DNA of 63,715 bases, the filler included, from Pelomyxa schiedti (Eukaryota > Protista > Evosea): the NCBI GenBank assembly GCA_020536535.1. It is 12 parts of 12 records of this genome, joined end to end, with 100 filler letters (N's around TTAATTAATTAA, not from the genome) between each part and the next. Parts side by side here need not be neighbours in the genome. Positions count along the whole stretch, not along the records: positions 1 to 30,611 come from JAHLWZ010000465.1; 11 more parts are not named here. One strand, given 5' to 3'. The position numbers and the translations under genes were made by a program. This document shows positions 1 through 12,539 of the stretch, piece after piece (within the stretch, counting starts at the first letter, position 1; each line of letters starts with the position of its first letter). The notes under the pieces were generated by a model. The model ran no database searches, was not told the DNA's origin, and saw nothing but the letters and a program-made list of their open reading frames with translations.

Positions 1-24
1 TGGGGCTTTATTCTCTTCCCACAG

Positions 25-262
25 AAGCTAACATGCAAAAACTGGAAACATGGAAACAACAAAAACAGCTGTGGCTTCTATCAAAGAAAAGCAAGCACAA
101 GCTGTTCCTCAGCAACAGCCACGCAAACACAGACCTTCAGCTTCACAAGTGGCACCCATTCCCGAAAGCGTTAACGCAGAATGGTACAATCTACAGCGCT
201 GTGTCAAAAAATCGAAATTGTCGCATCGATGTGTCAAAAACCAAGAAATTGGAGTTATTTGA
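25..262 (+). CDS. 3' fragment of an unidentified gene, truncated by the window start
   Basis: Pyrimidine tract plus CAG acceptor at about 10-24, followed by an open Q/A/P-rich frame. No recognisable domain; the frame is uncertain. Confidence 0.25.
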
Positions 263-369
263 CCCCCAAAAGTCCGTGCTTCAACGCAAACTCATGGAAA
301 AACAAAAAACTGTGGAACATAACTTTTTTTTTTTGGAGGGTTTTGGGATAGCAATTGTTTTTGGGTTCG

Positions 370-2007
370 CTAATCACTCCAAACATCTTCCTCTACCTCC
401 TCCTCTTCATCATCCACAGGCCTTAATTCTGGCAAACAGTAAGAATACGAAAAAGTGGAATGCATGTGACATACTATCACGCCTAATGGCCATCACATTG
501 GCGATGGAGTCCACCAAGGACTTTCCCTCAGCAGAATTCAAATCAGGAGCCTTCTTCTCGTTTGGGTCAACTTTCCTTAGAGCAGTTCCTTGTTGAATCT
601 GTACAGAGGTAAGTACCATAGAAGAGACCGGTAAGAGAGCACTACCTGCGCAAGAAGGTTGGCTGTGCCAGCACCACTGCCGCCACCAGAGGAGGCGTTA
701 GCAGTTGGGGCAGGAGGCGGTGGTGGAGCCCTTGGGCCAGCGGAAGCCGGAGCAGCTTTGGCACCAGGTGGTGGTGGAGGAGGGGGTGGGGGAGGTGGGG
801 GAGGCGGAGCAGCGCCGCCTCCGGAGCTGCCTCCACTGGGCCCGCTTGGGGAAGATGGTCCAATAGGGGCTGCAGCACCAGAGTAGCCAGAGTCGTTGAT
901 AACTTGAATCAACATCTGTGCTGTCTCGGGATTTTGCAACTCCCTTTTTTTCACACCAGCAGCTTGGAATAATTTCTTCCAATCTGATTGAAGTCAGAAA
1001 CGTGGTAGAAACCTAGATGGTGAAACCTGCAGGAATATTCTTAATCTCAAATCCAGAATCAGCATCCCACCCAATGTGAGACTTGTGATCAAAGCCACGA
1101 GGATCGGATATCTCGAAGTTTTCTTCCTCCGTGTTGGTCTGCACCATGGCAGTAACACTAGAAGCAACATTTGACATGGCACGCTTAGCAAATCCAAAAG
1201 CCCCTGAAAAGAAGCTTGGTGACTTTGCCCCCTGCTTGGATGCATCCAGTCTGGCTGCCTCTTGTTTCCTAGCAGCGTCCTGGGCAACAGTTGGGGACGG
1301 AGAAGCTGGAGGTGGTGTCTGTGTGTGGTTAGGAGGAGGGGACGGAGCTTTCTCTGGTTGAGCTTCTTGGTCCGAAACCTCAGGTTCGGGTTCGTGGGCG
1401 GGGGGGGGAGCGGGAGCGGCGTGTGGGCGGGAGTGTACCGGGGGTGGGGGTGCCTTGGCGGAATTGTGTGGAGGAACGGGAGGGGCAGTGGTTCCAGTGG
1501 GAGTCCCATTTCGCGCGGGAATTCCTGGGCGGGCTGTGGTGGAACTTTGGTTGGAAACGGGAGAGCCCGCAGCCGCGCGAACGGCGACGTAGAATTCGTG
1601 GGCTTCGGAGGGATCAGCGAAAGAGAGACCCATAACTGAAGTTTCTCCCTCGAAGCAGTGGAAGAAGGGCTTGGCCTCTTCGTAGGGGAAATTGGGCTTG
1701 TACAACTCCTGGGAGAAGCTCACGTTGCCGCTTTTCAGATCAACAACTTTTCTGTATAGTAAAGAAACAATACTGTTAGGAGACGAGCGAGGGTCAAACC
1801 AAAAGGGAGGGGAAAAAAAGAGATCTTATTAACGCACATATAATGAGCGGACTTCTCGTGAACAAGAGTTACGGCGCCCATTGTTTTGGTATATGACCAT
1901 GTTGTGCTTTGTGCGGTGTAAACACGAGCAATTGTGCACGAAACAACGGTCCCTGGTGATACAGCGTTTTCGACTTGGCTCCTTTCGTCTTCACTTAATA
2001 AACTCAT
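370..2007 (-). CDS. WAS: Wiskott-Aldrich syndrome protein (WASP) homologue, multi-exon
   Basis: WH1 domain (CTIARVYTAQSTTWSYTKTMGAVTLV...FFHCFEGETSVMGLSFADPSEAHEFY), CRIB (EISDPRGFDHKSHIGWDADSGFEIKNIP), poly-Pro tract, WH2 (LLAQIQQGTALRKV), C helix (SIANVMAIRR) and acidic tail DDEEEEVEEDVWSD* ending at TAG 370-372. Confidence 0.95.
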
Positions 2008-2171
2008 TTGCTTGTTGTTACGGTTGTTGTGGTTTTACAAGTTTTTTTGTTGTGTGTTGCTTTTTTTTTGTTTGTTTGTTTTGTGATTAACGGTGGCGGG
2101 GTTTAAAAAATCAAAAACAACGATTCAAAGTAACGGTTGATTCTAAGAAAAAGCAATTGCATGGGTAGATC

Positions 2172-4306
2172 TCACTTGAAAGGCACCTTGAAAACAACAA
2201 GCCTGAGCTGCGGCAGGATTGGTTGATCGAGTGACGGCGGATTTTCGTTCGTGAGGTGCAGGAACGACCGGTCGATGTTAGAACCCCGAGGCAGAGCACG
2301 CACAACTTCTCCCATAAGTGGCTCTGTGGCTGGTGTGACTACATAGAGGAGGCGACCAGTGTCAGAAGTGCATTCCTCCTTCAATTGAGAAATCTTGTCA
2401 AGGAGCTCCGATGTTGTGTTGTTTGTGAGATCGTAGACTTTCACTTGTGGGAAGGTAAGAAAAGTAACTTTAGACAGAGATATTGAAATCTCACTGATTT
2501 GTATTATTAATGGATAATAGGTAGAAAAAGAACCTGGATGATAGGAAAAAATGTATCGTGGAGCCATGTATGTGTGGTAGTATAAAGCTACTGGGGAGCA
2601 GTGCGAATTTGTTATAGTCTTTGGTGCACTACTTGCTAGGTGCAATACACTGGGCACCACACCGGCTTGATGTAATAAGGAAAAATAGCTCAATAAGACT
2701 ATGTTGAAGATCACCCAGAGCCCCTGCACTTGTGGTTAGAAAAGAAAAAATGAGAGGATAGAAAATACCACAAGAAAACGAGACCGGAAAAGTAAATGTG
2801 CACAGAGGATTGCAAGAGGCATAGCCAGAGGCAATAAGAATCTTGGCTCTTGATGAGGGGCCAGAGACAGTAGCAACAACCCACTGACAATGCAGCAGCC
2901 CAGAGCCTGTCTAAATGCATTCCGAGATGCTTCAAGAAAAGTGATAATGGAAAGAGGTTTTGAATGTTTCCCATACTCCAAAGGTGTTGCCAAATCAAAT
3001 TTCTGTTTAGTTTTGTTTTTCAGGACTAAAGGAGTATATATGGAGTTTGCCTTAGTCACACCTTAATAAATACCATAAGGCAAGTATTGCTAAAGGCCCG
3101 TACATCATTGGCATATTGACTACAAAGTGCAAGAATTTCGGATGTATTCCATGAACAGCCAGATTCTCCCAATTTGAGTTGTATACAAAGAAGTTATATG
3201 GCGTGATTGCAATTTTTCCCTGTTCAGTGAGTGTAAATTAGTAAGTTAAGTGCATTACTTGGCCAAAATAGTAGGAGTCAATGGCAATTAGGGAAATGCA
3301 AGCTAAGATGAATCCAACGCCACCCGAGACAGTGCACTTGATTAAATGCACAAAATTGTGCAGTGTGAGATTGATCCCTGTGTTTTTCTTTGAAAATGAA
3401 GCAATTACGAAGAGAGGAAAACAAAAAAGCTAAGGAGAGGCAAGATTGTTTTTAACATACTCAGAGAAAAAATGGAGAAACCACAAAGATGAAGGAGATA
3501 AATAATCATAGGTGCAATGAAGAAGAGGTATGTTACTCGACAAAAAAATCCGAGTCCAGCAACAATCCCTATAACAAAGCATAGCGTAGGGGATGGTGAC
3601 CCCTGGTTGAATGCTCAGTGCCCTCAGAACAGTATTGCTGTTATTTACCTGATGCAAGGATGAAAATAGGGTGAACGTAACAGCCACAAAGAGGGATTCC
3701 ATTGTGTTTGAAAAAGGTCTCGTGTGGAAAAGCAATACAGGCCACATTCCAGAGAAACACAACAGGGAAGGAAATATTTCCAGTTTGTGCTGTCTTTGGC
3801 GGCACATGAGTACAACACACACATCTGTAGGTTTGTTTCGAAAGGATAATAATCAGAAAGAGAGCATAGCAGAGAAGATAAAGTACCAATAAGAAGTGTG
3901 AGTAGAAACAAGAAAATCCTGGGAAGAATTAGCAGCATTAAAGGTGGAATTTCTTTTCCACCCCACAGCCACAACGCCTCCTTGGCAACCCACAATGGAG
4001 CACCACTCCCCAGATACCTGTGTGCGTCCCATAATAATAATAAAATAAAAAAAAAAACCCCACGCCACACCAAATCAAAACAAAACAAAACAAAACTCAC
4101 GGCACGACTATCGTCCTGCACGGCCTCGCAGGGTCGAACTCCCACGGTGTGAACGTGGCCCAACTCGGAGCCACTCGCGAGAGTGCCCCCGGGGCTGCCA
4201 CCTCAGCCGACTGGAACCACTCGTCGGGGTGCACGTAGCCTGGTGACATCACGCCCAGGAGACGCACCCCGAGGCTTAGAGCGTACCACACCCACTGCCT
4301 ATTCAT
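2172..4306 (-). CDS. PIGZ: GPI mannosyltransferase 4 (PIG-Z/Smp3, GT22 Alg9-like family), multi-exon
   Basis: PGYVHPDEWFQSAEV...TPWEF motif, HTRPFSNTMES, HQEPRFLLPL, LLHQAGVVP and many hydrophobic segments. Confidence 0.9.
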
Positions 4307-4503
4307 CTCGCTCTTTCACTTGTATTTTTGTGTTTTAGCGTTCGGGGAATAACTAACAATAGGAAAAAAGGGCTTGTGTTGGTAAGCTGCGCTTAGGGGA
4401 GGGTTTCTCACTGTAAAATGAGTCACCGTGTGGATCGGGTTTAATTTAATTGGGGTTGCATATGTAGGTTCTTGTGGAAGAGATTGGTCTTACCCACATC
4501 AAA

Positions 4504-5918
4504 CTAAGGAGCACCGGTCTGGAGTGCACCAACAGAGAGCTCTTCATGGATGGTTTCTATGGCTGCCGCTATAATGGGAGCCATGCTGAGGCACTCAAGC
4601 TTGGAGCACCTGGCTAGGTGATCTGCTTGAGGTATGGTGTCTGTTATGAATACTCGGGTGAGGTGGCTCTCTTCGATGCTTCATGCAGTTAATTAAATGG
4701 AAATAATACTTTGTTGAGAATACACACAGTCGCAAGGAATTGGCAGAGAAAACACCATGAGTCGAAGCAGCATAAACCTGATAATAATGAGTTGTTGTCC
4801 ATTTCAGAAGGGCCATACCGCCCTGGCACCAGCACTGGCCAGAAGTTCGGTGGCAAGGACTAGAGTCTGCCCAGTATCAATAATGTCATCATAAAGAATA
4901 GCAATTTTATTCTTGACATCGCCCACGAGTTGCCTCATTGCCGCTGGAGAGCCCTCCTAATAAATGTGACTCTAACAGAATCTTCATGGGGATACAAACT
5001 GTCACATGGTCCATCTGCCTCTTGATAATTGTTGCCATTGAATGTATCTTAAGCATATCGGCTAGTAATTTAGCGCGAGAAACACCAGCGGCATCAGGGG
5101 AGCAAATGACCACATCCGACCTCATGCAATTAATAATCATTTGAATGATTACTTGCAAGTTACAGTTGATTCCCAAACATCTCAGTAAATTTTTGAGCAA
5201 ACACAGTGAAAGCACTCAGATGATCCGTGGGTGTGTTCCCAAAGAATCCCTATTGCAAACGTTAATGGATCACTATTACGAATATGGCAACAAATGATTA
5301 CCTGAAGTTGCCCATTGTGCAAATCCACAAAAATCAACCGGTCCGGTTCAGCAGAGAGTATTTGGTTAGCAACACAGAGAGCAGAAATGGGAACACGTGG
5401 AAGGCGTTTACGGTCCTGGCGACCATAGCCGTAATACGGAACTACAGCGGTAACACGGGCCGCTGATGACAACTAGTAGAAAGTATATAAGTTCAAGTAT
5501 TGACAAAATGAAGATGCACTTCACTGGAACCTCACCTTACATGTGTGAATTAAAAGAATAAGTTCCTGTATAGCGGAGTCAACGCACGGCGGGCACGTGG
5601 ACTGAACAACGAACATGTCAGATCCCCTAATGCTCTCGTTCACCTATCTGTGGTCATTTCGCGAAACTACATTTAACAATACAATATAATGTTATCAAAA
5701 CCATAATATACAGAGACTTTCGTTTCACAATACATAGAGTGAAGCTAAAAGCAACGAATAAGAACAAAAAAAAAAACCTGCATCTTAATCTCTCCATCAG
5801 CAAACCGCCCGACGATAGAATTGGTCAGATCTACTCCCAGTTGGGTAGCCACAGAACTAGCAAGTTGCGCATTCGAGGTCCCGGACAAAACACGTACCGT
5901 GTACCTCACTGCCTGCAT
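4504..5918 (-). CDS. PRPS: Ribose-phosphate pyrophosphokinase (PRPP synthetase), multi-exon
   Basis: [29 protein letters not shown]...[11 protein letters not shown]; [12 protein letters not shown]; VDLHNGQLQ; [11 protein letters not shown]; [11 protein letters not shown]; VFITDTIP; stop TAG at 4504-4506. Confidence 0.93.
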
Positions 5919-6191
5919 GGTATTTGTTTTTTTGGTTTTGTGTTTTTTCCCTACTACTATTTCGGATCTGCTCGGTTGTCTGTGTACTCATGTACTTTTT
6001 TGGCTCTTGAATCAACAGATAGAATGTTTTCTCTTGTTGATGGCCATCAAAGGACAAGCGAAATGCATTTGTGCGTTTGATTGATTTATCTTTAGTTTAC
6101 ATGGCTTTGTTTGCTTCCAAAGCGTGGTGTTTCGGGCTTGAATTTATACACTTGGAATATAAACAACCAAGCAGGGATACATGTCCTCTCC

Positions 6192-7281
6192 TCAGCTTCT
6201 TCTTGCAGGTGGAGTGTACTTGAAGTGCTGTGCTGCATGTGGGGTGGTTGGGACCCTTGGAGAGGCATTGATGATCATGCCTCCTGTCCCTGCTCCACCA
6301 CCACCCACCTTAGTGAGGTTAAGTGGGCCAAGAGGATTCGGTATTGTTGTAAGATGTCTTCCCTGTGGCATTTCTCTGGAATTTAGTTTTGTTTTAGGGG
6401 CAAGGAAGGGGAGGGGGCAAAGGTCAGCCAGTCTTTAAACCAGGAGGAAAATAGACCTGATTACTGCATCCGGGATTATTGTCCCTTCCATTCGTTGGCT
6501 GACAGCGGTATCCATTACCTGAAACATGGTGAAATGAAATGGAAAAAGAGAAGAAGACAATCAACATACCCGGCACCATTCTGGGAACCCTGAAATTCGA
6601 GACTGGAGAGAGGGTAAATCTACAGCACCGAGTTGTGGCTGTGACATAATATTCAGACAGATAACACCAATAACGAGAAGGAACCGTTGTTGTAGCATTT
6701 TGAACATCCTTCTGTGTTGCGGAGAGAAAACGGAATGGGCAACTGAAATCCACAGTCAATCCCGAATACTTTGACTCATGTTTTCTCATTTGTTTTATAA
6801 GGTCGATTTCTGATGCTTGTGGTGACGGCTTCAGCAGCACAGTAGCCTGTAAGAAATAAAAAATAAGAGTTCTATTTAACAAAAAAAACCAATTACTCGA
6901 AAAAACAACAACAACAACAACAACAAAAAAAAAACCATTAAGGAAAAAACTAACTTCCTTCTACAACAAACAAACAAACAAACAAACAAACAAACAAACA
7001 AACAAACAAACAAAAAGAAGTACACAGACCCTAGGGGTGTAAGCAGGCATCGACACGGGCGTCGCTGCGGCCGACGCGGTGCCGTGGCGGTGCCCGTTGG
7101 CCGCCGCGCTGGGCGTGGGCGTGACCGCGCGGGAGGACTGCGTGGGCTGGTTGAGGGTCAGCGGGGGCGGGTTGGGGTGGTGCGACGCAGACGACGCCGT
7201 GGCCGCCGTCGCCCCGCCGCCCTGCCGCGGGTGCAACGTCGGCTGCCCCAGCGCCGCGCCCCCTGGCGTTGCTCGAGACAT
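6192..7281 (-). CDS. Hypothetical protein with low-complexity N-terminus, multi-exon
   Basis: ATG 7281 opens a GC-rich exon; ORF 6424-6882 supplies a globular-looking exon; the last exon ends ...HFKYTPPARRS* at 6192. No domain recognised. Confidence 0.5.
6963..7013. repeat. (CAAA)n tetranucleotide microsatellite in an intron
   Basis: About 12 tandem CAAA units seen directly. Confidence 0.85.
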
Positions 7282-7620
7282 GGACTACTGCGAGGTGTGG
7301 GGTGGAGACTGGAGCCCGACGCGAAGAAGCGGTGGTGCGTTGCTTCGAGGTTTTCTTTTGGTTGGAGAAGAACTTCTTCTCATCTGATCCCCTTTTTTGG
7401 TTCGACGAAACTCAGTGTCGGCCCGACAGTTGGTTCGAGGCTTCCACTCCAAGGATTCTGAGAGTGGAAGCCACGTTTCAGGGCTGTCTTTAAGTCGAAA
7501 GAGGTTGAGGCGACGAAAAGAAAAAAAAAAAAAAAAACCGGACAAAACCTGATGACATTGGCACCGGGTCAGTAGTAGGACAGCACGAACTGCCACCATA
7601 AAACGCAATAAAACAACAAA

Positions 7621-9229
7621 ATGTGGAGATGGCTGGGCACTTGATTAACACGGCACGTGGTCCCCACCACAAACAGGAGATGCAGTCAAAATATTCTCGC
7701 GGTACACCAAGGATGAGTGGGTGGAAGCCAGAGTAATACACTGCGATAGGAAGACTCTGTTGGCGTACTATTGCACGTCTTCCAGAAACTCACACAGATG
7801 TAAAACTCCCAACACGAGGAAAAGGGCGTATATCATGGTACCTTTTTCTTCTGACAGATGGGTCTATGACCGGCTACGTGGGCGTCCCAAAGACGAGTAT
7901 TTCTTCTTGTTGATAGCAGTATTCCCCTAAAATACTGTGCAGTCAAGCGGATTGGATGGGCAAGATGAAACACACCCCAGACAGCGAACGTCCAATTGTA
8001 AATGCACTAATTCAATTGCCTGCACCGCCCTCACCACATTGTGTCAATAATCCAGTGCCTCTAAAAGTTAACTTAAAAAAATTTCAACCACGACGCATAC
8101 TCAAAGAGAGACCAAGTGGCACCACAGAAATGGTATGCTCCATTTTCAATACCCCGATTAAGGATCATCAAACAGAACACAACACCCGTATCTTGTGTCT
8201 CTCGTACACCGAACTACTGGCGCAGTTTGGTTTGAGGCAAAAAATGTTCTCTCTCTCATTTTTTATAGAAAGATGCTCAGGACCCTCGAAGACACCACGC
8301 TGACCTGCTCTATATAGAACGCGTGCAAGGTCGACGTTTGAGGGAATTCAACCGTTCTGAAGTTTCCTACCTCTACCTATTTCAAGGCTTCTCTAATCCT
8401 ATTTAAGCGGGAAATGCGAGAACTTAGTCAGATGTTTGCACAACTTCAGCAAAGAGAAGAAGCAATGAAAAAGGAAAAAATATCGGGAGAACAACACAGG
8501 CATTATGAACCTCAAATACCAAACCCCCCTCTGTCGTCGGTGAACCCAGTTTCAAAGGTTTCAGTTTGCTAACTTGTAATACTTAGTGCCAACAGGTGAG
8601 AGACGACAAGGCAATCCTTGTTTCGGGAGATTGTATTTATATATTGAATTGTATTTCCGGACAGGTTCAATTGGTAGTTGGTCCCTGTTGTATAACCCTG
8701 GAAGGAATGAAGGTAGTTGTATCCTGGAGATGTCATCTTACCTTAACCCCTTCAAGGTTATCGAAGGTCCAAGAAAAGTAACACCAGATGAAGTACCTTT
8801 TCCCTCGGAGATTACATTGCCACCCCCTGAGGAGTCCTTTGATTCCATCACTGGAAGCAGTCTGTTCAACAATGATGACGAAGTTGTGACCCTCACGGCC
8901 CAACAAGTAGCAGATCTTCTGGGTAGTTCTGATATAAGAGAATGCGTCATCCCGGAAGTGCTATGCATTATCTGATACTACTCTGTTCTTACTTTTTTAG
9001 GGTGCGTTTCCTTGGGAAACAAATTACGTTGAAGAACCACCCCCTCCTACTAATCACACAATACCAACAGTCGATACTACACTAGATGAAGAAACGCAAT
9101 TGTGTGAACTAGTGGCTATGGGGTTACTTCCATTTCCTTGTAAACACAAACTTATTCCCTAACCAGTTTTATGACCCAAGCCGAGATGGACCGCAGAATC
9201 AGGGCCACTTCGTGCTCCTTAGGAACTGA
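7621..9229 (+). CDS. Hypothetical multi-exon protein, possible N-terminal Tudor/Agenet-like domain
   Basis: Chain of open exons with GT-AG introns; GDAVKIFSRYTKDEWVEARVIHCDRKTLL loosely resembles a Tudor-family barrel; last exon ends ...HFVLLRN* at 9227-9229. Start uncertain. Confidence 0.45.
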
Positions 9230-9608
9230 CGATGCCCCAATGCGGACAGACCAACGCAGTCCCCCCAGAAAAACACACCGCCCCGCCAACAACCAAACCA
9301 CACGATCGAGGAAAAGAACGCAAAATTCTTGAGGAATTCCATCGAACCTCCATCTCTCTGCTCCCGATCGAATTCTTCACCGTCCATTTATTTTACGTTT
9401 TCTTATCCTAACGAGATGAAGATTCGTGTACGATGACGAAGCCCCGAACGCAATAAAAAAAGATCGCGAAACAGGCCATCAAAACAATTAATTTTACAAT
9501 AAGTTATAGTCGTACATACTAAAATGTCCCGAGTACGTACCCCACGTCCTTCTCCGTGTCACTAATTAGACCCAGCTCGGTGAATCACGCAGTCAGTCGC
9601 GCAGCACA

Positions 9609-12142
9609 ATGCGCGATTCCAACACCAGACCCCAAGACGATGACCACCCCCGCGGACGTCCTACTTCCAGCAACAACAGTAACAGCAGCAGTTCTAGCCC
9701 CAGCAGCAGCCGCAGTAGCAGTCGCAGTAGTAGCAACAGCAGCAGCGGGGGCAGCAGGAGCAGGAGTCGCAGCTCCAGCAGCACTAGCCAAAGTGAAAGC
9801 CCAAGGCCGCGGCACCGCAGCGGGGGAGACCGGCACACGCCGCACGAGCACGAGCACAGCCACCACCAGCAGGCCGGCGGCAACGCGCCCCGCAGCAGTA
9901 GCAGGCCCGACCACCGCGCCGACGCCGAGCAAGGCGGGGAGCCGGAGGACCAGCACCGGGCGAGGGAGCGGCACCACAACGCCGGGGTGCACAGCAGGCA
10001 GCACCGCGGAGCGGCGGCGGCGGCGGCCACCCACGCCCCCCACCAGAGCCGCGCGGGGTCCCACCACCACGCCGCCAGCCACCACGAGCACCAGTCCTCC
10101 TCGCAGAGCGAGCAGCCCGTCTCGGTCGTGGCGAGCCCCGACGACTTCATCGTGGTGCAGCAGGCCGACGAGGAGGCCGGCGCGGGGGCGGCTACGCAGC
10201 CCGCGGCGTCCCCGGCCGCACCTGCTGCTGTCACTGGGGGAGCACGGCTCCAGGTCAATGTTGACACCCAGGATGTTGTCCGCAGGTATGCCTTGCTTAT
10301 TTGATTACTAAGTACTACTCGTGCCTTGTATAACAAACACGTTAATGAATTACAACAATATAGAAGAATGTGTGAGTGTGCACGGAATTAACCACAATGT
10401 AGCACCAGCAAATCGTTGGGTAGTGTGTTTGAGGAGATGGAGGTGGAGCACAATCCAAGGCCTTATGGAATGTTTACTCTTCCAAGCTTCTGCGCCGGCA
10501 CTTCCCCGAAAAAGCAAGAAAAGCGGAGCGTGTGGTTTGCTCTTGCGGTGGTTTCAATTTCGACCATAGCTTCACTGGTGTCTTATGAGATGATTATTGG
10601 AGCACTATATCTAACTGCCTTGTGGAACCCTATTGACAACTTCGGAAGTATGGATGTGGCCCTGTGCAACAGAGATTTAGGCTGGGTCGAAAACCTTGAT
10701 CTAAACGTTGGAAGTGCGTCCGGAGTGTGACATGATTTGCCTCTAATTTTCAAAATATGAAATAGATCAAGTGTTGGGCATTATCAACCAGTCGTCAATA
10801 TTCCGATTTACTATACTGGATAGTTCGACCTCTCAAGACTGGATTGAAGATAAAGTTGCTGATAACACTTATTGGTTTGCTCTCATCGTTCCTGAGAACT
10901 ATTCCGACGTTTTACTTGGTTCGTTCGTTCCTTTTCGAAAGTAGTTCCAACCACGAATAGGCTCTTATACAGGCGAGCCTCCCATCGAGTCAAATGGTAC
11001 ATATGTCAACCCCATCCTCGAGATATATGATGAAGGGAAGCAATATACTACGACACTACTCATGAGAAGAGTGGTTGGTCAACTAAATAATTTATGTTTT
11101 TCTCTGATTTTGGAAAGGAAACTGCCATTTTTGATAAAATTAACTATGGCGCTGCAGAGCTGCTTCACAGTGGTAAATTTGGAACACAAGATCCTGATGC
11201 CCCTCTTGGAGTAATTGTGACTCCCATATACCGTGAAGGAATAAATCTACATCCAATTGGCAAATATGGCTGGTATAGCTGACTGTTTTTTTCGGTTTGG
11301 ACTCACCTGTCCTAGGTATTTTGCATCTTACATCTCACTTGTTATACTCTGGATTTCTGTGCTTCTTTCCCACAACCTGGTCTACCTCACCTTCCATCGA
11401 AGGCTGACTGAGCGAGTAAAAATGAAATTCTGGCTTATGGCTTGCTGCAGATTTGCTATGTATCTCATCAGCTCATTTGCACTGGGTCTGTTCACAGCAA
11501 CTATCATTTCGTGGTACGACATTCCAATAATACACGGTATGAATGAGTGAAGGCATCACAAATTGCTAAACTATTATTGTTCAGGGTTTGGAAAACTATT
11601 TCTGTTCTACTGGCTAGCAGCACTTTCCTTTGCCGGAATAATGTACCTTGACATCGCATTTTCCTTGTACTAAATTCCTACAGGTGCCCTCTGTTTTCCT
11701 ACATGAGTGAAGGTGGAATGATAATTGCCACTATTTTTCTGATTTTACAGGTATTTTGGTCTACACACCCCCAAAATATATGCAGCAATATTCTAAACAA
11801 CATATAGCTGGCCACCTGTGATGGAGTCTATGCCCGGGACACACTGCCACCTTTCTTCCACGGGGTTGGACCAATTCTGCCCTTCTTCCACTGTGTGCCT
11901 ATTTTCCGATACCTCACTTTAGGTAATAACTGGTCTGAATTGGTTCATAGATTTCTCACGTTGTTTCTACAGGAGCGAATCACTACAATCTTGGAGAGCA
12001 TATTGGTGTTCTATTCGCCTGGTTCATTGGTGGCTTTTTAATATCCATACCTGGGTGGTACTGGGAGTTGGGTGAGAAGATGCTGAGGATGATTATGCCT
12101 GTCTTCATAGAAGCATTTGACCACTTCTCTCAGTCTGTATAA
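9609..12142 (+). CDS. DUF3533/SNG1-like (YhgE/Pip-related) multi-pass membrane protein with a long S/H/R-rich N-terminus
   Basis: GALYLTALWNPIDNFGSMDVALCNRDLG, YWFALIVPENYS, EIYDEGKQY, several C-terminal TM helices, GPILPFFHCV, LGEHIGVLFAWFIG; stop TAA 12140-12142. Confidence 0.7.
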
Positions 12143-12539
12143 TGTTTTTTGACAACTTCGAATAGAAATGTTAAAAATTTTTGTTTTGTTTGGTTCCAAA
12201 AACATTGTATGTGCTAGCCAAAGAGCCCTCAGAGAAAACCGTGTGATCGGGATGATTCCCGTGGGCCTGAACAATTTGAAGGTGCTTCTGTTTGTTGAAG
12301 TGTGCATCGTTAAACTAAGTCCTTGCCTTGTGTGCTTCGGCCAAACACCCGATTTCTGCGCCGTGGAGAGCTGTGGTGCTTCCCCTTGAGATCCAAGTTG
12401 AATCGCCTTGAGTTCTAACAGGGAACTCAACGAAACTTGAAGCTTACGAAATTTCGGCGATTTCTTGACTCTTGGGCCCTCAAAACTAGCCAACCAGTTT
12501 GAAGGAAGGGAAAAGCACAAAAGAATAAAAAAAAACAAG

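Noticed and set aside
9556-10336. Several long overlapping ORFs on both strands, also around 640-980, 7079-7493 and 22242-22819
   Set aside because: Shadow ORFs of GC-rich low-complexity first exons with few stop codons.
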